From Phoronis australis (taxonomy: Eukaryota; Animalia; Phoronida): a DNA stretch of 64,000 bases. Under the pieces are notes generated by a model. The model searched no databases. It saw nothing but the letters and a program-made list of their open reading frames with translations, and was not told the DNA's origin. The position numbers and the translations under genes are program-made. The stretch spans positions 159,716 through 223,715 of the forward strand of contig NMRA01000014.1 of the NCBI GenBank assembly GCA_002633005.1, read 5' to 3'. Below, piece by piece: positions 38,022-50,729 of the stretch; the stretch's first letter is position 1, and each line of letters starts with the position of its first letter.

Positions 38022-38195
38022 TTGTTACGATATACTGTTCCCTCCCGATCGCAGACATTGCGTTCTTTCATTGCCTTGCAGTCGACCTGCTTGACCAACT
38101 TACAGAACCAACTGACTTTGCTCGGTTTCGTTGGTCGAGGGCAGTCAACTTCCTTCAGCTTCGGATTGCTACATTTGGCTTGCCTGAAAGCGCAC
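38022..38195 (-). CDS. Multi-Kazal protein, exon 4 (CAFRQAKCSNPK...VCDREGTVYRNK)
   Basis: cttacAG acceptor, GTAAGT donor, 174 nt, phase 2-2; within ORF 38018..38206. Confidence 0.9.
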
Positions 38196-38922
38196 CTGTA
38201 AGACAATTTGGTAATTCTGAATTCAAAACCCAGTCTCCGAACTCGAGTTCGAGTTCCAGCTTACAGCTTCTTCTTTACTGCGACGAAAAAACTTTTTTAG
38301 CCACAAGGTACTACCGTAGCTAAAAAAAAACGAGGACCAAGAAATGGCGTCACGATCTTTTCATCAGTCTGGAAACCGTTGTCAGTTAAGTTTCGCCATC
38401 TCTCACCGCACTAGGTATAGTGGAGGAAACTAGCGCGAAAAATAAAACTGCCATTGACATGCTCTATTCAGTAGAAACACTTCCTTAAAACTTCATAAAG
38501 ATCTTTCAAATCTTTCAAACAGTTTGCAGGAGAGTGTGGCGGATGCCAAAAATCGAACACCGAAATACTTGTTGCCACTAGGGGGCGCACAACACGACAA
38601 AGCTGTCCGAAAAATGTAGCTTGACATTACTCCACATCCAGAACACCTCGTAGCCTCAAAGTATGTGTTTCACGCCTTTGCGTGGGTGAACATCAGGCAA
38701 TGACTTAAAGGGATTTGATCAAGAGACGGCTAAAATAAGAGCTTCAGCCAAGGAGGTGCCAAACATAATACGCGATGGCCATTCTCAATTTGTGATCTGG
38801 CTCAGCGGCTGATGTATCGTTATTTCACGCTTTATCTTGTTATCACAGTGTTATTCCGGCACCACTACTTGTTAACAGTCACATGACTTTGCTGGTCTGG
38901 CTGAAGTTCGCACTTGCACAGA

Positions 38923-39301
38923 TATACAGAATTTGTTGAATACACGACACTTTTCATTTTTCACGGTCTTTATTCCGTTGCGATCATACTTTCTGAACAA
39001 AACTCTACTCTCTACTGAACATAGATACAGTAACTGACCTAGCGACATAATTAAAAAGACACACGATATTTCGAAACATACTTGTTTCATTCTCAAGTGA
39101 AGATAAAATGACGCATTTTATCTTCACTTGAGAATGAAACAAGTATGTTTCGAAATATCGTGTGTCTTTTTAATTATGTCGCTAGGTCAGTTACTGTATC
39201 TATGTTCAGTAGAGAGTAGAGTTTTGTTCAGAAAGTATGAACGCAACGGAATAAAGACCGTGAAAAATGAAAAGTGTCGTGTATTCAACAAATTCTGTAT
39301 A
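38923..39301. repeat. Near-perfect palindrome: 188-bp arms, 3-nt spacer
   Basis: 38923-39110 is the reverse complement of 39114-39301. The mirror ORFs 38872..39096(-) and 39128..39346(+) differ at one residue over the shared stretch. Confidence 0.95.
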
Positions 39302-39544
39302 ACAGAAAACTTGCTCCCGAAGTACAGTCACTTGCACAGATATTAAACATCCCGAAGAAATAATTTAAGGCTAGGAGACGATAATACCCGAGTCTACGAC
39401 ACGAAAATGCCCGAGCTGTTCTGGGTTTTCCCTAACTGACATAAAACATAGTATCTCTAAATATTATTTAAAAACATTTTTGTACTTGAAAAATACATAT
39501 ATAACATGTCTAGAAAATATTTCACTCAGAATAGACCTCGAAAG

Positions 39545-39940
39545 ATTTAGATCTTCGGAGCATTCCTTATTCATGGAAGGTTTCGTCGTCTTGATAGAGA
39601 TGACAGGATATATCCTTGTTGTAGTGAAAAGGTGAAATTAGAAATACACTTTCTTGTTGAGTCGAGTCTATATTCAGAGCCACGTGCGCAGCTTTTGCCT
39701 AGTTTGGATAAAGTGGACAAAATAACATTCAAGAATTCTGTGTACTTCACAATGGTTTAAATGCTCTGAGAAAATTTGCTAAATACCTTAGATACGTGGG
39801 AAAAGATGAATTTTGGTGTAGATAGTCTGTACTCACTGTGTATTATGTATTTCTAATGTTTGCCTGGGGCCGGATGAAATAAAGCCTATTAGTAAAGGTC
39901 CATGGATGGCATAAATAAAAGCAAACACAACAAACAAAAA
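39545..39940 (+). mobile_element. 3' remnant of a non-LTR retrotransposon
   Basis: GRFRRLDRDDRIYPCCSEKVKLEIHFLVESSLYSEPRAQLL resembles the decayed C-terminal CCHC-like motif of LINE ORF2 (GR...R..RIC..C....EDE.HFL..C..Y...R), followed by AATAAA and an A-rich tail. Confidence 0.65.
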
Positions 39941-40822
39941 TTGTCGATAGGTGGCAGAACAGTGTTCGAATTTGTCTCAGAGTCGCGTTCACCAGTCGTC
40001 ACGATGCTCATCGGATAATCCCGCGGCCAAGGAAACAAATAAAAGGGGTACATTTATTTGTGGTATGAAGAAACCATAATGTCAGACATATCTTTTGAGT
40101 TCGTGCTTACCTAAATGTAAGGAGAGAGAAGAAAATATCAAATAATTATAGGCTTCAGCCATTAGCTTTCGGACTATACTGGCCCTTGGAGGTAAACTAA
40201 GAATCACTCGATTTCGAAAATTTTATTGTTCTATTTACACCAATTTCTAGCCTTTATACATTTGCACGACGTTTCAGTCGGCCGTGTCTCTGGCCATATT
40301 CAGGTGTTCCAGTATTCTTAGAAGACTGAGCAAGGGTATTTGGTACACTCATGGTGGTTAATGACGAGCACCCATTTCATTGTGCTCATTCAATTCATTA
40401 TAGTCCAGCGTGAGGTTTACAACATTATGTCCTGCCAGTGTAAATAGGCTAGAGGTTAATGTAAATAGATAGCCACACTTTCAGAAAGGTGATATTACAC
40501 TACCATTTCTAATCAGCTAGGTGAAGTTCACAGGTAAGCAGTTTTAATTAATTTCCCGAACGGATAAATCAAAATTAGAATTTAGTTTATTTCTGTAACG
40601 CGACCGATCTTATATTAAGCGCGAAACTCGAAAAGCGCATGAATAACAATCTTACAGAAGAACTATATTCTTTTATACACTTGTTGTTGATGCTGATCTT
40701 GTAACTTACATACGCATCGCATGAAATACGATTTCCCTTACCTAACGAGGGTGAGTGGGGTGAGTGAGGACGGCTTTATGTGTTATTTGGCGGCTTTACG
40801 AATACACTGTTCAATCACTTAC

Positions 40823-41002
40823 TTGTTTCTATACGAATTTCCCTCGTTGTCGCAACGTTTATCTTTCCGTTTCTGTGCACAGTTGAGTTTAGCAATTTCA
40901 AGACATCTTTTCTGAAATTTGGTCAACTCTTCCCCTGACCCCTCGTCACATTGCCTCAACTTCAGATCGTCGTCTTTACACTTTGCTTTCTTGAACTCAC
41001 AA
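40823..41002 (-). CDS. Multi-Kazal protein, exon 3 (CEFKKAKCKDDD...EGSGEE...RCDNEGNSYRNK)
   Basis: catccAG acceptor, GTAAGT donor, 180 nt, phase 2-2. Confidence 0.9.
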
Positions 41003-44000
41003 CTGGATGTCCATAAAGAGAATACATAGACTTACTGATGAATCAAAGGACTCGACACCACTTTGGTACACGATTAGGATGAATTTCGCGTGCAGGATTT
41101 ATTATTAAATTTTTATGGACCGTTTAAGTAAGGAGTATTACCGCCACTTTTGTTTTTAATATGACGAAGAATAATGTGGCTAAAAACGAAAACGAAGACA
41201 AACATTCTTTGCAAGTGCATAATACAACTACTTCGAATATACCTCGACAACTCATTGGCCTACTTGAAAAAAAATGAAAAAATGGGATTTAGAGCATTTT
41301 TTAGAAAATAATTCAATTAAAGTAATTTTGGAAGTTTTGATTATCGTTGGAAGCACTTATTACATGGTTACAGGAAAGTACGCGAAAATGCCAACGATGA
41401 AAAATACAGAGAACTATTCAAAACACAAGACGGATCTTTAGGGTTTAACTTTGCATAGATTCCTTTAGACTACTTGAGCAACTGCCTCCAACACATGAGC
41501 TCACACAACAAGTTAAATCACTCCCAACCATCCATGTGGCACTCAGTTAGGCTGTAGCCGAGGTCAACTTGCTGTGCTGGGAAATTAAATATTGGAGGTA
41601 AGCCAAGTTTGGCGGCAGTTTTGAGGCAGGCATTAAATTTAGGCTCAGTGAATCCTGTTTGCTTGTGTTTGTGAACATGCTGGAAATAAGAAAATTCCAC
41701 TTCTTCGGCTGTAGATACACTTCAAAATGGCGGTACACTCTACTTGAAAATGGCGGCCCCATATAGCATTGTGGCACTGCTGGGTAGAGAATGAGACACC
41801 TGCTGCGATTTCAGTTAGCCCTTAAACAACACAGAATTTAAAAAAAATCTAGTTGGGTGGCAGCACTTTTGGACCACATTTTTGTGGAATTAGAAGGAAT
41901 TTTTCTTTCAGAATATAGTGTTGGTTTGTGTCTAGCATTGGCAGGGAAGTGGTGATTTGGGGACGAAAACTGTTAATTTCTGTTTTTTCAACTTTGTTTC
42001 GGAACCTGACTTCCATTTAGGCGGGAGTGAAAGGGACACAAATATGAGACAGGGTAAAGTTTCTGTGGTTATGTGTAGCACTTTTGATCTGAAACGATTC
42101 ACAACTTCTCATTTTGTTCCTACAATTTTCGACAAAGTGGAATGAAGGCAGCCAACTAATCCACTGGTATGTTCTCTGACAGGCAAACCCCAGTGGAAAC
42201 AGTACAGTGCCTCCCTAGGCCCTACAGATGATTTGTGACATCACCAAACATTAAATATCACGTGGCATTTATTTACATAATGTAACGCGTGTAGGCTACT
42301 ATTATGCATGTTGTGTTGCCTGTCAAGTATTATTTTGGATGGCCACTAGATGTCACCACTGTTGTTTTAGGTGGCCATGGGTGTGTCGCTGTGTTGTTCT
42401 TTTTTCTAGGATAGAATGACTATTCTTTGGCACTCCAGTTTTGTCCGACTTCAGTCACCCGACACTCATTCCAAATTAATGCATATAGCGTATCTCATTT
42501 ACTAAAAGCGTATAAACGGATGATTAGAACTGCTCGTTCTATCGACCAAGCTGAGGGAGCTCATTACGCGCAGGGTTTGTTCCAAATTCGTTTACTTCGT
42601 AAGCCAACACTTGCCTCTGTTACCTGAATGTTCTCTGTTAGGACCTGTTTCCACACAGTTACTACATAGGGGGATATTAGACGAAAACGAGTGACATTAT
42701 TGGACATCAAGTGCCGAGTAAAGTGACCTTTCATGCTTTTGATAATAGGAGACTGAAGTATAGGAGCTGATCACGTGACCCGTGACTCTTATTGTCACCT
42801 AGCCGTACCAGGAAGTACTTCTTCTTCTTCACAGCGGATGGTAAGTAGGGAAACGTATCGACTTCATGAAAAGACCTTTTTACAGTGAGTGTGATTCGAC
42901 GTGGTGCTTCTAAACTAAAGGGAAGTTGTCTAGTTTCTTATCCGTTACGGATATCCCTTCCCTGCCGTCACCAAATCGCTGCTTGAAAGTCTCCCAGTAG
43001 GGCTTCATGACTAATGATTTTCTTTCTGGAAAACTTATCGAATGACCGACATTTTTTAGGAATTTCTTGGGTCGGGGTTTCCCAAGCAATTGTTGCCGTT
43101 AATCGTCATTGGTCTACGAATAACCTACGTTTGTGGGAAACAAAACGCAATATGAAAATAAAAAATTCAGACTGAGAAAGATACTGCACCCTTGAAAATG
43201 ATTTTCGCAAGAAGGTCAAGTTTAATCATGAGCTATGCAGCTAAAGCTTTCCTAACTTACTCAAATGTTTTTGATGCCGGTTGATTTTAAAAGCCTCATT
43301 TGGTTTCATACAATCTCCAGTAGGAGTCGTCCTTGCAGTCACTTATTTTGGTGTTTTCCACAAGTGACATCTCTTTTAATGACACATTCAGTACTGACAT
43401 TGCACCTCAAGTATTTTTTTTAATCCCAGTTTAAAACAGGGACACGCAATGTCGTCGATTTCCACTACGTTTCATTTGGTACTCAGTTCTTGATGAGCCT
43501 GTCTCGCGATCTGATGGCCGGGCAGGCTACACACTAGTGAGATGGTGCGCACACGTTAGCGACGGCTTACGTAGTAAATGGTTCAAGTGGTATCTTATGT
43601 TCAGATAACAGCATTTTATGTTTACGGAAACGAGTAAGAAAGCCGGCATAATTAAATGAGTTTTCACCCTAGATTCATTCCGTATGTGCGTTACTGAAAC
43701 TTTCTTTGACACGGTGGCAATTAGGATTGGCCAATTTGGATATTGTGAGCATTTGTTTGTCCGCCCTTGACATGCCGTTCATTTTTAATATGGCCGACCT
43801 CTGCAAATTGGGCTCTGCCACACTTCACCCCATTAAATCTGTTTAATGACGGTCATAAGTGGCAGTAGCACATAGTAGCATGCACGTATATCCTGGGGTT
43901 GGGGTCCAAAAACGAGGAGTCAAAGTACCAAGTGTATTAAAACAACAAGATCTTCGTATTTTAGGCAGAGTGAAAATACGGTTTTTGGACTATTTTTAAC

Positions 44001-44414
44001 TCTTTTAAATGGGAATTATGGCTTTGAGATATTGTTTGACCCCGGAGATGAAAATGTTTTGGCCTATTTTTAAATCTTGCATGGAAAATATATTTCCTGT
44101 GATTTTTCCGCTATGGCTTTTCATTTTAAATTGATACGTAATCATTAATTACCTACATTGTACAGGGATCCAGATTTGTATACGTCGGTAATCATAACTA
44201 GAGGTGACTGATACAACAGTATTTACCTTACACAATCCTATACGTATTGTTTTTTATTCTGTTTTCATAATTTTTAGTTTTAAAAGTGAATTTTACTAAT
44301 TTATCTGACTCAAAACTGGCTTCATAATGGCAGAATACAACAATGAAAAATGATGACCGATGTTGTTCAAACGTCTATGTTGACATCCCGACGGTTTTGG
44401 AAATAAAAACTGAC

Positions 44415-44523
44415 ATGTTACGATAGCTGTTGCCTTCCTTGTCGCAGACTTTGCGCTCATCAAAAGCCTTGCAGTCAACTCGAGATAGTCTTCCACATGA
44501 GTACTTGTTATCAGCAAATACCA
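44415..44523 (-). CDS. Multi-Kazal protein, exon 2 (VVFADNKYSCGRLSRVDCKAFDERKVCDKEGNSYRN)
   Basis: tttttacAG acceptor, GTCAGT donor, phase 1 to 2; homologous to the other repeats. Confidence 0.88.
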
Positions 44524-44780
44524 CTGTAAAAACAGAGTGACGTCTAAACAAATGTGGTGAATTACTACAAGATTACCATGCTTTTAAAAATTCTCTGATT
44601 CTGTTTACGGTTTTCGTTCTCTTCGTCCGATTTCAGCCAAGAACAACATGCTTCGAGAAATCTCCAAATCACGCACTGTGTCTAAATTACACACTGATCG
44701 GATAAGAAATGACAAAGCAAGAAAACTAATTAACTAAGTAGCTCACTTGGAGAAATTTCATTTCACCAAGTTATGTCAGC

Positions 44781-47533
44781 TGTGATACGCCGTAAAATGT
44801 AACAATTTCGTTGCTAGGCCTCTCCTAAAATGTAACAAGATGTTACATTTTATGTAATTGTTACAATTTACGTCGAATGCACGTGCGAGAAATGTACCAT
44901 GATTGTTACATTTTACGAAACCACCGTCATATTTCATAAGTTTGTATGATATTTGTCACACGGAAGAAAACCGTTCATACATTTAACTCCTTCTTTCTCG
45001 GATTGTGTGAATGAAATTCTATCAAATGTGCCAGGTTGAACTTATAGATGTGTCCCTATGTGCTTTACGTGGTTTTTTTTAACATGGTTAGTTTTATGGT
45101 ATAGTCAAAAATGCACACCGTACAGTTTCAACTTCACACAGAAGTTTTCAGGATCAGGTAACAAGATTTTTGTTGTTAAAGCGTTCTTGCAATCTTTTGT
45201 TGACGCTCACAGGTCATAAACCAATTGTGTATACTGCATTACAGTAAACACACTTCCCTTGGTAAGTACAACAATGACATCGTATTTGGCTAATATTTAT
45301 CGTATTTCTTCGGGAAGAAACGACAATAACAAAATTTTTCATAGATAATTCAATTTCGGAAGCCAATTTGATGGGGAAAAAACACCAGTTTTAGTCCACG
45401 ATAGTTTGGTTCATTTTGGTCAGTGTGTTAGTGTCGGAGTCATCGCTAATGTATTAATGGTCCTGCTCCACACAAAAGGAGCAAAACCAATGTTTCTGAT
45501 GCCGACGGGCTCTGTCTACCACCTTAGTTATGAATGACAATTTCTTAAAGAAATTGTGGTGGAAGGAAGTAAATGCACGCATTTATTTGCCGACAGGTTG
45601 ACAGATTTTGCCAAAGCAACAGCAAAATATCGCCTTTGAGAAGGGCGAGCCAATAGTTTAAAAAAGTGGCGGCATACGTACGTGTTTTATACAGCTTAAA
45701 AGCTGAAAGAAATATCTTTGTCCCTATGAAGTCAAACCTGTCTGAAACAGTGGTGGTAACAACAGGTCTGAGCGTGACGTGTATACGTAAAAATGGGATG
45801 CCTAGCGGGGGAAATAGAAAATATTTTGCACTCTAAATGACGTGATTATTTTGCTCAAACCTTGACAGGTCTAAGTCTATAGTTTAAAGGGGCAATAGTC
45901 CAAAAAGCTGACTGTCGGCCTTTCGGACCATAAAAACATGCACTTTCTCTTTCTATTATCTTTTAAGATAAAATATGAAATAAAATTGTTATTTCTTCAA
46001 TGTTTGTTAATTCGAAGTGTATATAAATAAAGACAAAGATTGCACATTCTATTATTAATGGACGTGAAGTCACGTGTCTCATGAGGCGACATTTTTGTGT
46101 TGCGACTCCCACATAAACGAATTCGGTATATTTACCCTTTTGATACATTGCATAAGATGCTTATATTAAACATCACTGACTTCGACGTTGGCGGTTTTTG
46201 TTCCACACAATCCACTTTCAAGGAAACCTAGTTTAAATCACTCTGTTAAATCACTGTATTTTTCTAATAATATTGTGGCCCGTTCCATATAAAATTGTTG
46301 GCGTTTTGTATGTCCATTACCAGCTATTCTAATGACCCATCGACCGCAGCTGACTAATCGTTAGTTCTCGAAAAATGTCTGCCTCCAGAGTTCAACTTAA
46401 CGCAAATTTGAACTTACACATCATAGTGGAACAATCCACAGTCCTTTGACAAGGAATGTTTTCAACAAGAGACAAAAATGATTACACGGTGGGTATCCTT
46501 ACGTTTAGATGAAAGTCGCGAGTAAAACAGTGGGGTCTGAATTCATTTCTTCTTGGCAAACTATAGATGGATATAATTATATTTACAAACAATACAGTAC
46601 TTGCCGGTAGGTTAGAAATAATCAATTTTTGAAGTGGCGCACGTCTAAACAACATTTCAAACCTCAACCTCCTCGTTTCCAAAAAGTAGGCCTACTCTGC
46701 ATCCACAGCTGTTAAGACGTTCCTCAAAATATCGTTAAGGCTGAACATGGGAACACTTTTAAAATTCTTTGGAACGGCACTCGCTGTCCACTATGGAAAG
46801 CCCGATGAAAATATTGAACTATCACTTTACTAAATATGGATTGTGTCCTCGTTAAATAAATTTAAAAATATTCATAATAATAGCAATAACGATAACGAAA
46901 ACGATAACGAGTAACAGTAGTGATAGTAGTAATAGCAGTAATAGTAGTAATCGCAATAGTAATAATAGTAGTAGTAGTAGTAATGTAATAATAATAAAAA
47001 TGATAATAGGTAGCCAAATTCATGTCGTGTCAGCCCGGAGTGCATTCTATAGAAGAGGTATACGAAAAGTGCCGTCCAAAAGGTGTTTTTTCACAGAAAA
47101 AAATACTCTCCAAAATGGTGCCATTTTCGACAAAATTATATCTAAAAGGTGCCGTTCCTGAACTTCTGGATCAAAAGTGGGCGAAAATGTGAATTTTTAC
47201 GCAAATTAGTCTCTAAATAGGTCACTTTTTTTTCCGAGCCCACTCTCTAAACGGGTACGTATTCAATTTTTTCGGTTGGCACCCCTCGTACAAAAATACT
47301 TCAGTACCCCTGGTTGTGTCAGATACCACTTATTCTGGACTTTAGTCGTTTTCCTTGCATGTAACAATGGTGCATTTCTCGCGTGTGCGTTCGACGTTAA
47401 ATGTTACAACTACGTAAAATGTAACAACTTGTTACATTTTAAGAGAGGCTTTAGAAACGCAACATGTAACAATGACGTAAAATGTAACAGTTGTTACCTT
47501 TTACGAAATTGTTACATTTTACGGCGTATCACA
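44781..47533. mobile_element. 2.75-kb TIR DNA element with TGT...ACA ends, apparently non-autonomous
   Basis: TGTGATACGCCGTAAAATGTAACAATTTCG at left and its exact reverse complement at right; ~140-170-bp imperfect TIRs built of AAAATGTAACA subrepeats. Confidence 0.8.
46875..47008. repeat. Degenerate (TAA/TAG)n microsatellite
   Basis: Direct read. Confidence 0.85.
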
Positions 47534-47958
47534 GCTTTGATGCGTGTTGCCTAAACAGTATGCCGTAGTTAATATCACTGATTACCATACGTGGGCGCTC
47601 CAAGTATCGTCTAATTGGAGTGCGCTCAATATTGAAGTCTAAACGTAAATTACCTACTTGCTTATGTAGATAATGGACATAATAATGTTTTTGTCGATTG
47701 TCAAGTGAGTGGGTATTGACACTGATCCCAACCCCCAGATCGTGTTTTGTAAAATTGGTTGTCCAGTAACTACCTCAGTAATTACGAGTTATTAAGAAAA
47801 TTGTACGACAAAATGCTAATGTAGTCTTTTAGACATGCATTTCCCAGTGACGATTAAATTTTGTGGAAACATTGAAAGTGTTGGGACAATATACGAACAG
47901 AGGAATATACAGTGAATTTGCCAGACTGTATTTTACAGTGTAAGATAAAATCACTTAC

Positions 47959-47992
47959 CACCTATTAGTACCAACAAAATCAAACCCCTCAT
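47959..47992 (-). CDS. Multi-Kazal protein, exon 1, signal peptide (MRGLILLVLIG)
   Basis: acaacATG start and phase 1 GTAAGT donor. Joined to exon 2 it gives MRGLILLVLIGVVFA|DNK, a typical signal peptide with a V-F-A cleavage motif. Confidence 0.8.
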
Positions 47993-48038
47993 GTTGTAAT
48001 GAGTGCAACGATGGGGGTATGTTAGGTATTGTACATCA

Positions 48039-48046
48039 TTTATATA
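48039..48046 (-). promoter_or_regulatory. Candidate TATA box (TATATAAA) of the multi-Kazal gene
   Basis: About 50 nt upstream of the ATG at 47992, on the coding strand. Confidence 0.5.
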
Positions 48047-50729
48047 CATGGCAGGCTCGTTTCTGCGCTGACCCTCTGAGAAAATGGACACATGACCAGA
48101 AAGGACAGCGGTTGCTTTGGACGGTCACACGGATTTAGATTAAATTTATGTAATCAACAATGTAAAGATTCGTCCTTGGGTGTCTCTAAGTACAAATACA
48201 TTTTATGTGCTTCGGAATGTTTTCGACTCAAAGAGTACGTCACACTTCTGCCCCCACATGTTATTTCACTATTAAGCCTGTTATCACAGGGATATGCATT
48301 TTAACTTTCTGTTCTGATTGAAGTTCGCACATGCCCAAATTTGGAACACCTCCGGAAGTCTTCGGATGCGTTTCATGTCTGCACATGTGCAAACTTCAAT
48401 TATCACAGTAAAGAGGTTTGGCATGACCATATTTTGACACATTCACCGGTCGAGATTGGGCACTCGACCTGTTTGCGTACCTGGAAATCTTACGGCATTG
48501 ATCAAAGGCATCGTACTGTTGTAGTTAATTACATCGCCTCAGGCTGCTGATGTTATATCGTTCTCTAGATAACCATACCCACCATAAAGACACTGTAGGC
48601 GTGGCATGGGGTTTCTATAATGTTGACATATTATGCTCCTCATTAATTCTACTGGAAGTGCTGCTTTATAGGGCCAATTACCAAACTACAAGGCATCAGT
48701 TGGATTTTGAGGTAAGCCAAGTGTCATCGTACAATTCTTGGCATGGACAACAAACTAGGGATAAGTTGAAGCCGCGAAAAAAACCGTAGTGTTCCGAATG
48801 GATCCGTTGTACAAATAACGAGTGCAGGTGTCACGGGAAAAACCTTTGCCGGGAAAAACCTTTTTGCTAAGGCACCTTAATGCGCATGCGCGGAAATTGG
48901 CAAATCTTTTTTCCGTCGTTGAAACGGAAAAAACAATTGCCGGGAAAAACCTTTGCTCCGGTTGAGCCTTATTGCGTGTGTTTTGAAATCTAATCAAATG
49001 TTAATGCGGTGTTTATAGATTTAATATTGCAGCTATTTACTGCTTTTATGTTTCAAGTGTTTGTTTATTTTGTGGTAAGATAAGGACAACGAGGGCATGT
49101 CGTAATTTCCCCCAACGGAGTGTCCCGGGAAATACATTTGCCATTCTACTGCTAGTCAAAGTTTAATAACTGACTTGTATTTTTTGCATTGCAAATATCC
49201 CGTGATGTAGTTAAGACAAGCAACTGCCTAGAAATGCATGTGTTCTAGTGCATGCCGAAGGACAGGAGCGAGAAGACTGAAGTTCAAGTGTCGGGAAATA
49301 TCTTTGCTCTGCGAAATACATTCGCCACTGCATCCAAATGTTGCCATTCATACAATCGTCGTACTAGCAAACTAATTTCCCGCAACGGAGTTGCAAGGAT
49401 TTTTCCTCGCGAGGCGATGCTATATTTGTTAGATTTATTTTACCTGGCATTCGTTAACTCTCAAAGCATGCGGACGAGGTGTGCTTAGCCGATTACCTTC
49501 TGCAGCCAATGACAATTAAGTATTGTATCCGGCACATGATCCACAAAGGCTCTCTTCATGGTTCATAGTACGCGTGCGCACTATATTAGAAGGCTATTTA
49601 CTGCGTGCTTTGTTTAATTAAAGGCCAGAGAACATTTTGCCTCGCCGTATACGATTAACAGTTACGTGGACTCGAGGTACATTTCACTTGCGGTACGCAG
49701 CTCAGCTCGTATTAAATACCCTTTTTGCGAATGTAAATTTTATATTCTGTGTAACCACTTGTAAGCTCATGGGGCTTAGCTGTATCTCTTTATTATGTGT
49801 ATTTGTAGTGCAATTCCTTTTGTGATGTTTAAATGGCACTATAAAGAATACTGGGTCTTAGAGCCTCGTTTTCCTTTGCTGCGTGATGGTCCTGTAACGT
49901 TATACATTTCATCACGGAGGCTGCTGCCACCTCTGGGATGTTTATCAGCTTTCAAGTTTTGCATCAAACTCTCCAGGAACAAATCCACCGGTTCCTGAAA
50001 GCGTGTATCTAGGAACAAAAATCTCTACTTCTTTCCTAAAGTCAGCTTCACGTAATAACTGTGTTTGTCTGGTGCAGTTCTGCGTGTAAACATCTATTGT
50101 TCAAGTTCTTCACCTCCTTTTAAATTCATTTTTGTGGTGATGGTCTAGAAAAAGCTGTAAGGATTTATTGTGAGTTTTGAACTACCAGAGCAACTATATT
50201 GAGAAAACTAACAGTCACAAGAAGGCACCACAGGTCACAGTCATAATGAAACACGCCAACCTTCGATGACAATCACTTTGACGCACTCTGAAAAAGTTGC
50301 GTCAAGGCATTGCTAAAAACACTGATTTTCTAAAATCTTGGAATACGTACCAATCTCCCAACTGCCACTCTAATTTTATTTTGAAACAAAAAATCCCACT
50401 TGTAGCTTTTTTATTTCCAGAGGAAAAAGAAAACAATTGGAGAAAATCTGTACTTGCGAATTTTATTTTCTTCCCGGTCCCTCATATTTTGGTGACAAAA
50501 TGAGTAAACCAATTAGATAAAAATCCTGGTTTAGCCACAGTAATCAAAATTGCAATAAAATTTGGATTGGAGGAAAATGACATTTCGGCAAAATCAGTGA
50601 TAAAACTGATTTTTCAAAATTATTTGGATGAATGGATTTTTACCAGTCAGATTAATTGATCCTCTCCGGTCGCCACCAATTCAGTCTCGCAAGTCACGCT
50701 CATAGGAGAAGATTTGCGTGTTGCTACTG

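Noticed and set aside
38872-39346. Pair of divergent near-identical small genes
   Set aside because: Mirror ORFs created by the palindrome, with non-ATG starts and an intronic location.
43261-43405. Additional Kazal-gene exon (GTAAG donor at 43260)
   Set aside because: Stops in all three frames and no Kazal cysteine pattern.
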